From: Vulcanimicrobiota bacterium
GTDB lineage: Bacteria > Vulcanimicrobiota > CADAWZ01 > Ess09-12
Direction of reading: 5' to 3'
Assembly: GCA_031082125.1 (NCBI GenBank)
Contig: JAVHLM010000029.1
Span: forward strand, 1,478 to 65,477
Length of the DNA stretch: 64,000 nucleotides
The number at the start of each line of letters is the position of its first letter. Within the stretch, counting starts at the first letter, position 1. The notes beneath the pieces are model-generated. The model was not told where the DNA came from. It saw nothing but the letters and a program-made list of their open reading frames with translations, and did not search any database. A program made the translations under genes and the position numbers. Positions 30,279-39,198 of this stretch are shown here, piece after piece.

Positions 30279-31658
30279 TCATTTCATCCCTGCCATTTCC
30301 TGGATTACCTTCTGGTAGGGCTCAAGCATTTTTTTCTTGGATTCCCGTATCATGGCTTTCCGCCCCGAAGGAAAGAGCATCATGAGGCCCAAGAAGTGTT
30401 TCTTCATATTCTCTGTCACGTCATTCTGGGGATAGTCATAGAGCCCATGCTCCCTGTAGTAAAGGTGATCGGCCTTGAAAAGCCATTGATGGGTGTACAC
30501 GAGGTCCCGGAAAAGAAGATGGGCTCCCACGCCGGGGAAGGTCAGGGGCCTGATGAAGCCCTCGCCGATGCTCCAGAGAATTTTCTTTGCCAGGGCATTC
30601 AGGCGCGCGGTCACCTCGGCCGATGATCCCTCGTCGGTGATAATCCCCAGGTTGTGCACCTGCCCTGCGCCGGCTATGCATTCAAGGTACTGGACAATCT
30701 GGGGGTTCTGGGCCAGTGGGCCCGAGAAGAGGAAGGCTGCCTGCTTTCCCGAGGTAGTAGGGCGGTGCCCGTTAAAGAAGCTGCGGTCATAGAACATCTT
30801 CCAGCGCGCCGAGAGGAAGCGGTCCCTGATCGTCCCTGCATAAATGATGGCATCGGCCGGCATCAGATGCTCCCTGTAAATCTTCGTGAATCCGTCCTTG
30901 TAAGAGCATTCATTCTCCGACACGCACCGGTAGCAGCTCAGGCACCCCCCCCGCATGGAAATTGACCTTATGTTGATGATCTCAAGGGGATTGGCAAGCG
31001 ATTTCGCCAGGACTTCCGTCATGCGCGAGAGGTTTACATCCTTTTCTTCCGCATCGGTAAAGAGCACGATTTTTCGTGAGCCCTTCTTAGGGACATCGGC
31101 TATCTTGCCTGGCTTGTATTCCGAAAGCCTGGCGGAAGGCGGAAGGAAAGGCTGCTTTCCCGGCCAGTTTTCCTCCACATGGAGGAAAAAGGCGCGCATG
31201 AAAGTGATAATCCTGTGGCGCTCTTCCTTCTTGATAAGATCATCCATCCCGGCAGAGTATCCCTCGACATATCTCATTGACAGATCTGAAGAGACAGCCT
31301 CCGTGTAAGCATGGGCCACGTTGTCCATGAAATGGGCCGACGTGGTGAAGGTCGTCGCATACTTGCCCTTGAAGGCCTCAGCAAAGCCGCCTTCGAAAAC
31401 AAGCTCAATAAAACGCTTCATCTGGGCCGGCACAAGGCCGACATAGACCGGATAACACCATATCACCGCATCGGAGGCCTCAATCTCCTCGGCCAGTTCT
31501 TTCAGGGCATCGGGCTTTTTTTCATAACGGCCTATTTCCATGCCTGTGTGAAAGACCCTGAAGGTATGCATGTCAAAATACTTCTCCAGGTAGCGGATGT
31601 AATGAAGGGTTACGCTGTGGGGGCCCTTGGGGCTTCCACTCAAAACCACGATTTTCAT
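30279..31658 (-). CDS. tandem flavodoxin-like / iron-sulfur flavoprotein NAD(P)H-dependent oxidoreductase
   Basis: N-terminal LSGSPKG and PVY...PAQMKRFIE. The second domain carries CLSCYRCVSENEC (CX2CX2CX5C, Isf-type). Confidence 0.85.
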   Translation of the reverse strand: MKIVVLSGSPKGPHSVTLHYIRYLEKYFDMHTFRVFHTGMEIGRYEKKPDALKELAEEIEASDAVIWCYPVYVGLVPAQMKRFIELVFEGGFAEAFKGKYATTFTTSAHFMDNVAHAYTEAVSSDLSMRYVEGYSAGMDDLIKKEERHRIITFMRAFFLHVEENWPGKQPFLPPSARLSEYKPGKIADVPKKGSRKIVLFTDAEEKDVNLSRMTEVLAKSLANPLEIINIRSISMRGGCLSCYRCVSENECSYKDGFTKIYREHLMPADAIIYAGTIRDRFLSARWKMFYDRSFFNGHRPTTSGKQAAFLFSGPLAQNPQIVQYLECIAGAGQVHNLGIITDEGSSAEVTARLNALAKKILWSIGEGFIRPLTFPGVGAHLLFRDLVYTHQWLFKADHLYYREHGLYDYPQNDVTENMKKHFLGLMMLFPSGRKAMIRESKKKMLEPYQKVIQEMAGMK

Positions 31659-31790
31659 AAGCAGCTCCTTTCCTTTACTCCGAGCATCATGAATAAGGGT
31701 GAATTGCTCAAACAGTCACAACGAATTGGCTCACTCATGGAGTAATGATTTCGTGCTTTATCGCCCTTATTCCTATTCAGATAAAAACTC

Positions 31791-32318
31791 TCACTGCCTG
31801 AGAGAGGTGAGGGCCCACCAGTAAGTGCGCCCGGTTTCCCTGGTCCTCATCATTCCAATATTCACAAGGACCCTCTGGGAAGGCATGTTGTCCTTCTCAG
31901 TCTCGGCTGTCACCATGGCCACGCCGGGGATTGAAAGAGCCCAGGAGCATACGGCCCTCAGCGCTTCCGTCATATAGCCCCGGCAGCGGTAAGCCTCCTG
32001 CATGATATAGCCAAGCTGCACTCTTCCCTCAGAATCGGGGGGGCCATGAAAGCATAGGCCCCCGATTATCCTGTTCTGCTCCCTGAGCGCTATCTCCCAG
32101 TTGGTGTTCCACAGGTAATTCTCCGGGTCTTCCTCCACAAGGGAAATCATCGCCTCAAGGGCTGCCTCAAGGGCCTCGGCAGTCTCCCGGTCAAGGGGGC
32201 TTACCGTCATTTCAAGACCCAGCCGTTTCTCCATTACGTGACGACCGCTGCGGCAGAGGCAAAGCTCCTCTCCGGTGAGAGGAATCAGGCGGAGCCGCGG
32301 TGTTTCAAGTTCCCTCAT
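31791..32318 (-). CDS. GNAT N-acetyltransferase (RimJ/RimL type)
   Basis: LETPRLRL, LGY...YRCRGYMTEAL and NMPSQRVL. Confidence 0.88.
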   Translation of the reverse strand: MRELETPRLRLIPLTGEELCLCRSGRHVMEKRLGLEMTVSPLDRETAEALEAALEAMISLVEEDPENYLWNTNWEIALREQNRIIGGLCFHGPPDSEGRVQLGYIMQEAYRCRGYMTEALRAVCSWALSIPGVAMVTAETEKDNMPSQRVLVNIGMMRTRETGRTYWWALTSLRQ

Positions 32319-32382
32319 GAGAAATGCCCTTCTTCCTTCCGCCCCCCGACTCCTGTCTTAAAGATAAAGAGGGGCATCTGGC

Positions 32383-32988
32383 TCAGGGCTTTGTGGCCGT
32401 GCGGGCATATTGGATCACTGCCGGGATGCCGCCTTTTTCCTCGACATTGCAGAAAATCTTGAAACCCCTGCCATAATCGGGGTCATCCAGAGAGAGAAGT
32501 CTCCCCGCGAGGCTGAGTTCTCCCAGGGCCAGGAGGGTCTTCCATTTGCACCACTCGGCGAAGCCCTCCTTGAGAGTTCTGTCCTGGAGAGGACTGTTCG
32601 AGGACTGCCAGGCATGGGCAAGCTCATGAGCCAGGACGGCGATAGCCTTGCTCCTGGAGAGGCCGGCTACAATCCATATGCTTTCAGGACTGTGAGACTG
32701 ATAATAGCCTCCCACCTCGACAGCACGGCCGCCGCCTGAATTGTGCTGCACCTGCACCTCATCATAAGGCCTGACCATGATAAGAATATCCCTGTCTATC
32801 TTAACTCCCAGCAGGCCCAGGATGCGCTTCGCCTCTTTGCAGCAGGCAGTTCCCTGTTCATCGGTGGTAATCTGCTGGCACCAGAGGGAAGCCACCATTG
32901 CGGCAACAAACAGGGCCGTCATGATAAGAGTCATTGCTACCTTTAATCTCCCCATCCCCATGATAGTCGCTCCTCTCTTTTGTTTCAC
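32383..32988 (-). CDS. secreted HExxH zinc peptidase, DA1-like domain
   Basis: GLSR...AVLAHELAHAW, EGFAEW and DPDYGRGF; N-terminal hydrophobic helix. The GTG start overlaps the pyrC stop (an ATG near 32961 is also possible). Confidence 0.7.
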   Translation of the reverse strand: MKQKRGATIMGMGRLKVAMTLIMTALFVAAMVASLWCQQITTDEQGTACCKEAKRILGLLGVKIDRDILIMVRPYDEVQVQHNSGGGRAVEVGGYYQSHSPESIWIVAGLSRSKAIAVLAHELAHAWQSSNSPLQDRTLKEGFAEWCKWKTLLALGELSLAGRLLSLDDPDYGRGFKIFCNVEEKGGIPAVIQYARTATKP

Positions 32989-34025
32989 AGGTCATTCAGG
33001 CATGCAAAGGGGTCAAAATCATATTCCTTTTCCAGGGGCTGCGAAGGCGGATGGATGATGCGCGCCACGTCGATTCCAAAAGCCCTCTCTATGGTGCGGT
33101 GCGTAACCCTTTCAATGATGCGCGCCGGCATCCCGATCTCCTTCAGCTTTGCAATGAAACGAGGATAAAAGGGCAATCCCGGCACTCCGGGGAGGGGATC
33201 TTTCCTGTTCAGCTTTTCCTTGAGAAGGTGGGGTGCATGATCGGTCTCTATCCAGTCAATCCTCCCGTTCATGAGAAGCCCGAGGAGCCTGCGCTGCACC
33301 TCCTCGCTGCGAAGGGGCGGGTTCATTATAAGGCTGCCCCCCCGTGGGCCCTTCATCATGCCGGTATGAAGAAGCGCGTGATGGGGGGTAATACCGCAGG
33401 TGATGGGAAAGAGCCCGCGCTCGTTCTCGCGCTCAATCTCATAAATCGTGTCAGGGTGCGATACATGACATACATGGAGGATCCCGCGGAATCCCGCTTT
33501 TCCCGCTTTCGCTATAAACTCGGCGACCCCGCGGACTTCTGCTTCATGAGGCCTTGCGAGGGCATAGGTTTCAGGGCTCGAGCACTCAAAGAGATCTCTT
33601 CTCAGCAAAGATTCCTTCTCACAGTGAACAGCAAGCACTCCATCATAATGTGTTTTTGCAAGAACGGTAATGACATTCGCCAGCCCTTCGTCGTCATTGA
33701 CGGCGAGAGCTCCCCCGGCGCCTCCCGCGTAGAGCTTGAGGCCTACCACGCGGGGGAAAAGCGATTTATGGGCTGCCACGGCTTCCTTTACCTGCTGCGG
33801 ATCGGCCGTAAGGCCCATGAAAATCCCGTGGAAGAGGGGGACTCCGCTTGAATCGGCAAGGGCTATTCTTTCAAGAACCCTCTCCATGGTCGTGAGGGGG
33901 GGATCGGTGTTGGGCATCTCAAAAACACCGTCAAGACCTGCATCAAAGGCGACCCTGAGGCCATGGGCAAGGGTCTCCTTATAGGCCTGTTTCCAGTCTC
34001 TCAGATGGACATGAGGATCAATCAT
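32985..34025 (-). CDS. pyrC: dihydroorotase
   Basis: MIDPHVHLRD, EMPNT, VHCE, HVCHVS, NPPLR and TDHAPH; lies in the pyr operon. Start trimmed to the Met of MIDPH. Confidence 0.9.
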   Translation of the reverse strand: MIDPHVHLRDWKQAYKETLAHGLRVAFDAGLDGVFEMPNTDPPLTTMERVLERIALADSSGVPLFHGIFMGLTADPQQVKEAVAAHKSLFPRVVGLKLYAGGAGGALAVNDDEGLANVITVLAKTHYDGVLAVHCEKESLLRRDLFECSSPETYALARPHEAEVRGVAEFIAKAGKAGFRGILHVCHVSHPDTIYEIERENERGLFPITCGITPHHALLHTGMMKGPRGGSLIMNPPLRSEEVQRRLLGLLMNGRIDWIETDHAPHLLKEKLNRKDPLPGVPGLPFYPRFIAKLKEIGMPARIIERVTHRTIERAFGIDVARIIHPPSQPLEKEYDFDPFACLNDL

Positions 34026-34105
34026 AGGTCTTTCTTCTTTATCGCGGCTTCCGGCTCCTGCCTTAATGCCACATTCCCGCCGGAACCGGCGTACTTTCAT
34101 GCTTC

Positions 34106-35824
34106 TTACGACAGGTCCAGGCCATGGTCCTGCAGGAAAGCGTAAGAGACAAAGGTCCCCTCCTGGCAGGTGAGATGGCCGCCGCATTCACATTCGCCGC
34201 ATATTCCAACTCCGCACATGGTATGAGTCTCCAGTGAATTCCAGATTCTCTCTGCCCTGACGCCTGCCGTCTCCTGGAGCCTTGAGGCTTCTGCCATCAG
34301 GAGAGGAGGACCGATGTTATAGCAGCAGTCAGGCCGGATCTTACGGGACTCCAGGTCCCTGGAAACGCTCCCCAGCACGGCGCCAGGCTCATCCTGGTCA
34401 GCCACAGTCTCAAGGTGGCCATACTCTCTGATGAGGTCAGAAAACAGGGGCTCCTCTCCCCTCTTCACCCCATAATAGATTCTGATATGCGAGGCTTTTC
34501 CCGAGAGCATCGAAAGGAGGGCCGGCACCACGGCTATACCGGTGCCGCCCGCCACTACCATCACGGTGCTGCTGCCGCACGGCGGCCCCTCTTTTCCATA
34601 GGGTCCCCTGATAAGAACAGTATCGCCGACTTTCAACGAAAACAATGCCTCTGTCACGATCCCCTGCTCCAGAGCCTTGTCATAATGACGTTTTCTTATT
34701 ACAAAGGTCATCGGATTTCCGTACGCCATTGAAAAAGGTTTCTCCCCTGCACCCGGCACCCACAGGAATACATACTCTCCTGCCCTGCAGTCACAGGCTC
34801 CATCGAGGGTAAGGAGCAGGAGGTCACTGCCCTTCTGCTCCCTCCTGGATATCTTATAAGGGCGGTATTCCATGAGCCTTTCATTTATCAGAAGCTCGCC
34901 CGACAGGCATGTGCCCTGTTCCGTGTCATCCCTGAGAGCCTTTACAAAAGCAGGGCGCACCGGGTGGGGAACGCGTATGAAGAGGCTCCCCAGGCCCACG
35001 GTTTGGGCACCTGCTTCGCGCATTGCCCTCACATCGGCACCAGTGGTGATACCTCCCATACCGATGAGAGGCGCTCCGGGGCCGATTTCACCCCTTATTG
35101 CTGCTATTTTGCTCAATGCCTCATCAAGTATCCACCGGCCTGATTTCCCGCCCTTATGTCCCCTGGGGTTTGAAAGGATGGGCATCCCCGTGTGCGGCTC
35201 ATAATAGACTTCAGGGCCCACCGTGTTGATGGCTGCTATGCCATCAGCCCCCGAGGCCATCGCAGCCACGGCAACGGCCTCTATGCTGGGCACATTGGGA
35301 GTGAGCTTGGGGAAAAGGGGCTTTGACGTGAGGGCTCTGAGAGCTTTCACATACCGGGCCGTCAGCGCGGCATCACTGCCGATTGAAGAGCCATAGCCTT
35401 CTCCGGCATGGGGACAGGAGAAATTGAGCTCCAGCAGGTCCGCCACAGGCTCAAACTTTTTTACCAGCAGCGCAAAATCGTCAACAGAATTCCCGGAAAG
35501 GGAGATATTCAGCAGCGCCCGCATCGAATGGCGGCTCCTGAGGCTCAAAAGCTCATCAAAGCCCTTCTCCATACCGGGGTTTCGAAGGCCCACAGCGTTC
35601 CCGTAGCAGCCTATGCCTGCCTCTACAAGGACAGGTTCCCTGTTGCCAGCATCAGGCATCACCTGGTAGCTCTTGGTCGTAATGACATCAATGCCGGGAA
35701 CATTGCGGTCCACCCATTCGATGAGAGAGGGCTTCGTGGTCAATATGCCGGAGACAGTGGCGCACTTCAGCGCCGGGGACGAGAGACAGGCAAGAACCTC
35801 GGCGGGGGAGCAGCCTCCCATCAT
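34106..35824 (-). CDS. pyrD: fused dihydroorotate dehydrogenase class 1B catalytic subunit (PyrD) and electron-transfer subunit (PyrK)
   Basis: N half has TTKS, NAVGLRNPG, ELNFSCPH, KLTPN and AINT. C half has EKPFS, RGPYG, VAGGTG and the [2Fe-2S] motif CGVGICGEC...C. Confidence 0.9.
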   Translation of the reverse strand: MMGGCSPAEVLACLSSPALKCATVSGILTTKPSLIEWVDRNVPGIDVITTKSYQVMPDAGNREPVLVEAGIGCYGNAVGLRNPGMEKGFDELLSLRSRHSMRALLNISLSGNSVDDFALLVKKFEPVADLLELNFSCPHAGEGYGSSIGSDAALTARYVKALRALTSKPLFPKLTPNVPSIEAVAVAAMASGADGIAAINTVGPEVYYEPHTGMPILSNPRGHKGGKSGRWILDEALSKIAAIRGEIGPGAPLIGMGGITTGADVRAMREAGAQTVGLGSLFIRVPHPVRPAFVKALRDDTEQGTCLSGELLINERLMEYRPYKISRREQKGSDLLLLTLDGACDCRAGEYVFLWVPGAGEKPFSMAYGNPMTFVIRKRHYDKALEQGIVTEALFSLKVGDTVLIRGPYGKEGPPCGSSTVMVVAGGTGIAVVPALLSMLSGKASHIRIYYGVKRGEEPLFSDLIREYGHLETVADQDEPGAVLGSVSRDLESRKIRPDCCYNIGPPLLMAEASRLQETAGVRAERIWNSLETHTMCGVGICGECECGGHLTCQEGTFVSYAFLQDHGLDLS

Positions 35825-36729
35825 CCCACCTGCCTGAAGGCAATCTCGTCATTCAGCGTCACCAGTTCGGCAACGGACACCTCCGGCCAGTTGGAGGGAA
35901 CCTTTTTCCTGGCCCGCTGCCATGGGTGGGTGATGCCGCTTGAGCTGCTGATCCGCACCATTGAGAGATCATATCCCACGTTGCGCAGGCGCCGCGCCAC
36001 ATCGCCTGCCGATCCCCCCTGGGCTCCCACGCCGGGAATGAGGAGGGGAATATGGCGGTTTACATAAAGCTTCGCGATATCGGTGAGCTCTTCAGGGGAG
36101 GTGGCACCGACTACGGCGCCGACACCAGGCCGCTCTTTCGCCCACTTGACGATCTTTTCGGCAATGGCAATGTAAAGGGGGACCTTGTGCTCACCCTCCA
36201 GCACCATGAGATTCTGAAAGTCCAGGGCACCCTTGTTGGAGTTCCTGTTCAGCAGGTATACACCGCGCCCCTTTTCATCATTGCAATATTCTGCAAAGGG
36301 CAGAATCGAATCTGAGCCCATGAATGGCGACACGGTGACGGCATCAACGCCCCAGGACAGGAAGCCCTCATCGGCGTAATTGGCCGACGAAGTGGTGATA
36401 TCGCCGCGCTTGTAATCGAGGATAAGAGGGATTCCGGGGAAGCGTTTCCTGATCTCGCCGATGACCTGGGCCATCACGTGGCTCCCCCTGAAGGAACCCT
36501 CCAGGGGAGTGTCATACTTCAGGTAAAAACCATGATTCAGCTTGAAGGCTCCCGGCCTGGATCCTACCTGCGCCATCCTGTCGAAGAGCGCCCTGTAGAA
36601 TTCAGGCACTCCCGCAATGCCCTCCGATGCGAGGTGAGCGGGCATTGCCTCAATTACAGGGTCCAGCCCTATGCACACGATGCTCGAGGTCTCCTGGGCG
36701 CTTTTTTTCAGGACATCCAGATAGTTCAT
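35821..36729 (-). CDS. pyrF: orotidine-5'-phosphate decarboxylase
   Basis: CIGLDP, LDYKRGDI, VVGAT and LIPGVGAQGG. Confidence 0.93.
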   Translation of the reverse strand: MNYLDVLKKSAQETSSIVCIGLDPVIEAMPAHLASEGIAGVPEFYRALFDRMAQVGSRPGAFKLNHGFYLKYDTPLEGSFRGSHVMAQVIGEIRKRFPGIPLILDYKRGDITTSSANYADEGFLSWGVDAVTVSPFMGSDSILPFAEYCNDEKGRGVYLLNRNSNKGALDFQNLMVLEGEHKVPLYIAIAEKIVKWAKERPGVGAVVGATSPEELTDIAKLYVNRHIPLLIPGVGAQGGSAGDVARRLRNVGYDLSMVRISSSSGITHPWQRARKKVPSNWPEVSVAELVTLNDEIAFRQVG

Positions 36730-36730
36730 C

Positions 36731-37423
36731 TCATTCTCCTTTCACCACTCGAGGAAATCCATGCTTTGCTCCCCACCCGAATGGATCATGGCGCCATTCT
36801 CTCAGGATCGATACTTCATTCTGGCTCAGATAGCCTGTTTCAAGGGCTTTCTCCAGCAGCACATCATAGGCGAAGATGGGAATCAGCTCACAGGGCGGCC
36901 TCATTGAGAGGAAGAGCTCCTCGGCTTCATCAAAGCCATAACTGAATACGGCCAGGCAGTGAGAGACGGTACCGCCGGCAGCCCTCAGGGCCCTGACGGC
37001 CAGGGCGGAGCTTCTTCCCGTCGAGATGAGATCCTCGATAAGCACTACCTTTCTGCCCCCGAGGGTATTCCCCCTTCCAAGGCCTTCAACCTGGCATCCC
37101 ATTCCGTGGTCCTTGGCCTCCGGCCTCACATAGACGAATGGCGCCTGCAGGCTTTCAGCGAGGGCCATTCCAAAAGGTATTCCCGCCGTAGCGGTGCCGG
37201 CAATGACCTCATAAGCAATGTTCTTTTCCTTGATGATACAATCAAAGGCACCGGTGATGAGCTTCCTGTATTCCGGGAAAAAAAGGAACATCCTGTTGTC
37301 ATTATATATGGGCATCCTGTAACCGGAGACCCACTGAAAGGGCTCCCTGGCGTCAAGCCTGATAGCCTTTATCTCCAGGCCTGCCTGGGCAATTCTCCCT
37401 GCGTACTCTGAAAAAATCCTCAT
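36731..37423 (-). CDS. pyrE: orotate phosphoribosyltransferase
   Basis: WVSGYRMPIYNDNR, YVR...KDHG and the PRPP loop LIEDLISTGRS; GAGGTG RBS before the ATG at 37423. Confidence 0.93.
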   Translation of the reverse strand: MRIFSEYAGRIAQAGLEIKAIRLDAREPFQWVSGYRMPIYNDNRMFLFFPEYRKLITGAFDCIIKEKNIAYEVIAGTATAGIPFGMALAESLQAPFVYVRPEAKDHGMGCQVEGLGRGNTLGGRKVVLIEDLISTGRSSALAVRALRAAGGTVSHCLAVFSYGFDEAEELFLSMRPPCELIPIFAYDVLLEKALETGYLSQNEVSILREWRHDPFGWGAKHGFPRVVKGE

Positions 37424-37433
37424 TGAAGCCACC

Positions 37434-39041
37434 TCACAGATCCCATATCTCCTTGAAATTGTGGAGCCTGTCACAGTAGTGGCACTTGAAGACATGGCCC
37501 AGCATACGGTGAAATATGGGCTTAGTATACTCATGATGGGAAGGATGAGAGATACAGTCAACGTTTTTACAGCTTGTCTGCCCGAAATTCTCGATGCGCC
37601 AAGGCATGTGAAGCCTGAACTTGCGGACCACTTTCCACTCCTTCACTACATTAAGGGTGCACTCGGGGCTCACGGCGGCAAGCTTCTCCATCTCCCTGGG
37701 ACCGAAGCCCAGGAATCCCGGCACCGAGATGATGCCCTTGAATCTGCCGTCATTCTCTCCCCTGTAGACCCCATGAGAGCTCATGCGATTCAGGGCCAGG
37801 ATTTTCCTGGTCCTGTCGATGTGGTCCCAGATAGTCCCCTCGTCCTCGCCCTTCTCGATATGATCTATCACTATGCCGGTCTCAATGGGTTTTATGCCCA
37901 CCTTGTAATCGGGCTTTACCTTCTCCACCGGCGTCACTTCCTCAATGAAGTCGTCATTGGCGGAGGGGATTTCAGGGCTGGCACCCTGGAAGTCAAGACC
38001 TGTGGCCCCGCCGAGCATTGAAAGGAGCACCGTCCTGGTATAGTAGCCGTTGATTGACTGGCTTTCCCATCCGTTGAGGGGAGTTTCATCGAGAAACGAG
38101 GGTATCGTGGGGTATTCCTTGTTCCGGGGAAGGGGATGATAAAACCTTGTGTCATCGGGAAGGCGGTATTTCTCCAGGAAGCTCTTTTCAAAGGTAACGG
38201 CCTGCCTGAGCTGGTGCTCCTTCTGCAGGATCTTTTCTCCCATGCGCTCAAGCTGAAGCCTGGTGAAATACCATATATCGGCCACGTCGTCCTGCGAGAG
38301 ATACTCCTCTATCGAGGAGAAATGCCTTACTCTGAAGCCGTTCCCTTCCATCTTCTCAATATAGTAGGAGGGCATGGCAAGCTCCTCAGGTGCCACGAGA
38401 TCGACGGAGACCTCCTGGAAGATGCAGAGACCGTCAGGCTTGGAATGGATGGTCCTCCCGTGGAAAAGGTCGCCGATAAGGGCAATCCTTATCTTCCCGC
38501 GCTTCCATCCCAGGTGCTCCAGAAAAGTGAACTCGTCAAGGAACTCCTGGGTGGGGTGCTCATGCTTGCCGTCGCCGCTGTTGATGAAGGCGGGCTTCTC
38601 TATCCCGTGGCGCGCGGCGAACTCTGCAACAGAGGTATCAAGCCACCGGCACACTCCCTCCAGCTTTGTTCTCATGACAAAGACAGAATAGGGGCTGTAG
38701 CCGCAGAGCATGTTGAAAGTGTCACGGTAGCTCTCGTTCTTGGAGAACGAAGATGAATCGGCGTCAAATATGTTGAGCTTGGTCCTGTGAAAGCGGGCGG
38801 CGTTGATGAAGGATTCCCTGGTCCTCGTGCTGTCCTCGAGAAAAAGGATATAGATGGCCATCAGGGGATCATCTACGCAGAACGCCGAGGTATCGCCCCC
38901 TGTCCTGAGGGTTTCCTTGAGCTCCCGCGATTTCTGGTAAAGGTAATACTGCTCATCAAGGGAGAGGTCGCCCACCACCGACACTGACCGCCCCTTGAAG
39001 GGTCCCTTTTCTTTCTTCCTGCCTGTTGCCGCAGTTTCCAT
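37434..39041 (-). CDS. pyrBI: fused aspartate carbamoyltransferase catalytic and regulatory chains
   Basis: PyrB motifs STRT, HPTQ, HGRT, TRLQ and HPLP, followed by PyrI motifs IKPIETGIVIDHI and Zn ligands CKNVDC...CHYC. Start set at the ATG behind a GAGGA RBS. Confidence 0.93.
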   Translation of the reverse strand: METAATGRKKEKGPFKGRSVSVVGDLSLDEQYYLYQKSRELKETLRTGGDTSAFCVDDPLMAIYILFLEDSTRTRESFINAARFHRTKLNIFDADSSSFSKNESYRDTFNMLCGYSPYSVFVMRTKLEGVCRWLDTSVAEFAARHGIEKPAFINSGDGKHEHPTQEFLDEFTFLEHLGWKRGKIRIALIGDLFHGRTIHSKPDGLCIFQEVSVDLVAPEELAMPSYYIEKMEGNGFRVRHFSSIEEYLSQDDVADIWYFTRLQLERMGEKILQKEHQLRQAVTFEKSFLEKYRLPDDTRFYHPLPRNKEYPTIPSFLDETPLNGWESQSINGYYTRTVLLSMLGGATGLDFQGASPEIPSANDDFIEEVTPVEKVKPDYKVGIKPIETGIVIDHIEKGEDEGTIWDHIDRTRKILALNRMSSHGVYRGENDGRFKGIISVPGFLGFGPREMEKLAAVSPECTLNVVKEWKVVRKFRLHMPWRIENFGQTSCKNVDCISHPSHHEYTKPIFHRMLGHVFKCHYCDRLHNFKEIWDL

Positions 39042-39063
39042 ACTTTCCTCACACGATATCAAT

Positions 39064-39107
39064 CCTGTGAATAATACCCTCCCCCGGGAAAAAAGTCAAG
39101 TGGAGCA
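39064..39107. repeat. degenerate direct repeat, copy 1 (pyr promoter segment)
   Basis: 37 of 44 positions match 41225-41267 by manual alignment. Confidence 0.75.
39071..39099 (-). promoter_or_regulatory. sigma70-type promoter of the pyr operon
   Basis: Minus strand TTGACT (39099-39094)-17 bp-TATTAT (39076-39071). Confidence 0.7.
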
Positions 39108-39163
39108 CACTCATCCACGGGAATCATTCATCGGTAATCCGGACGCCATGGACCGCTCCTGCC

Positions 39164-39192
39164 TTGATTTCTGCGCAGATTTCCCCTACAAT
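39164..39192 (+). promoter_or_regulatory. sigma70-type promoter, probably giving a leaderless mRNA
   Basis: TTGATT-17 bp-TACAAT with the ATG (39199) 6 nt downstream and no Shine-Dalgarno sequence. Confidence 0.6.
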
Positions 39193-39198
39193 AAAACC

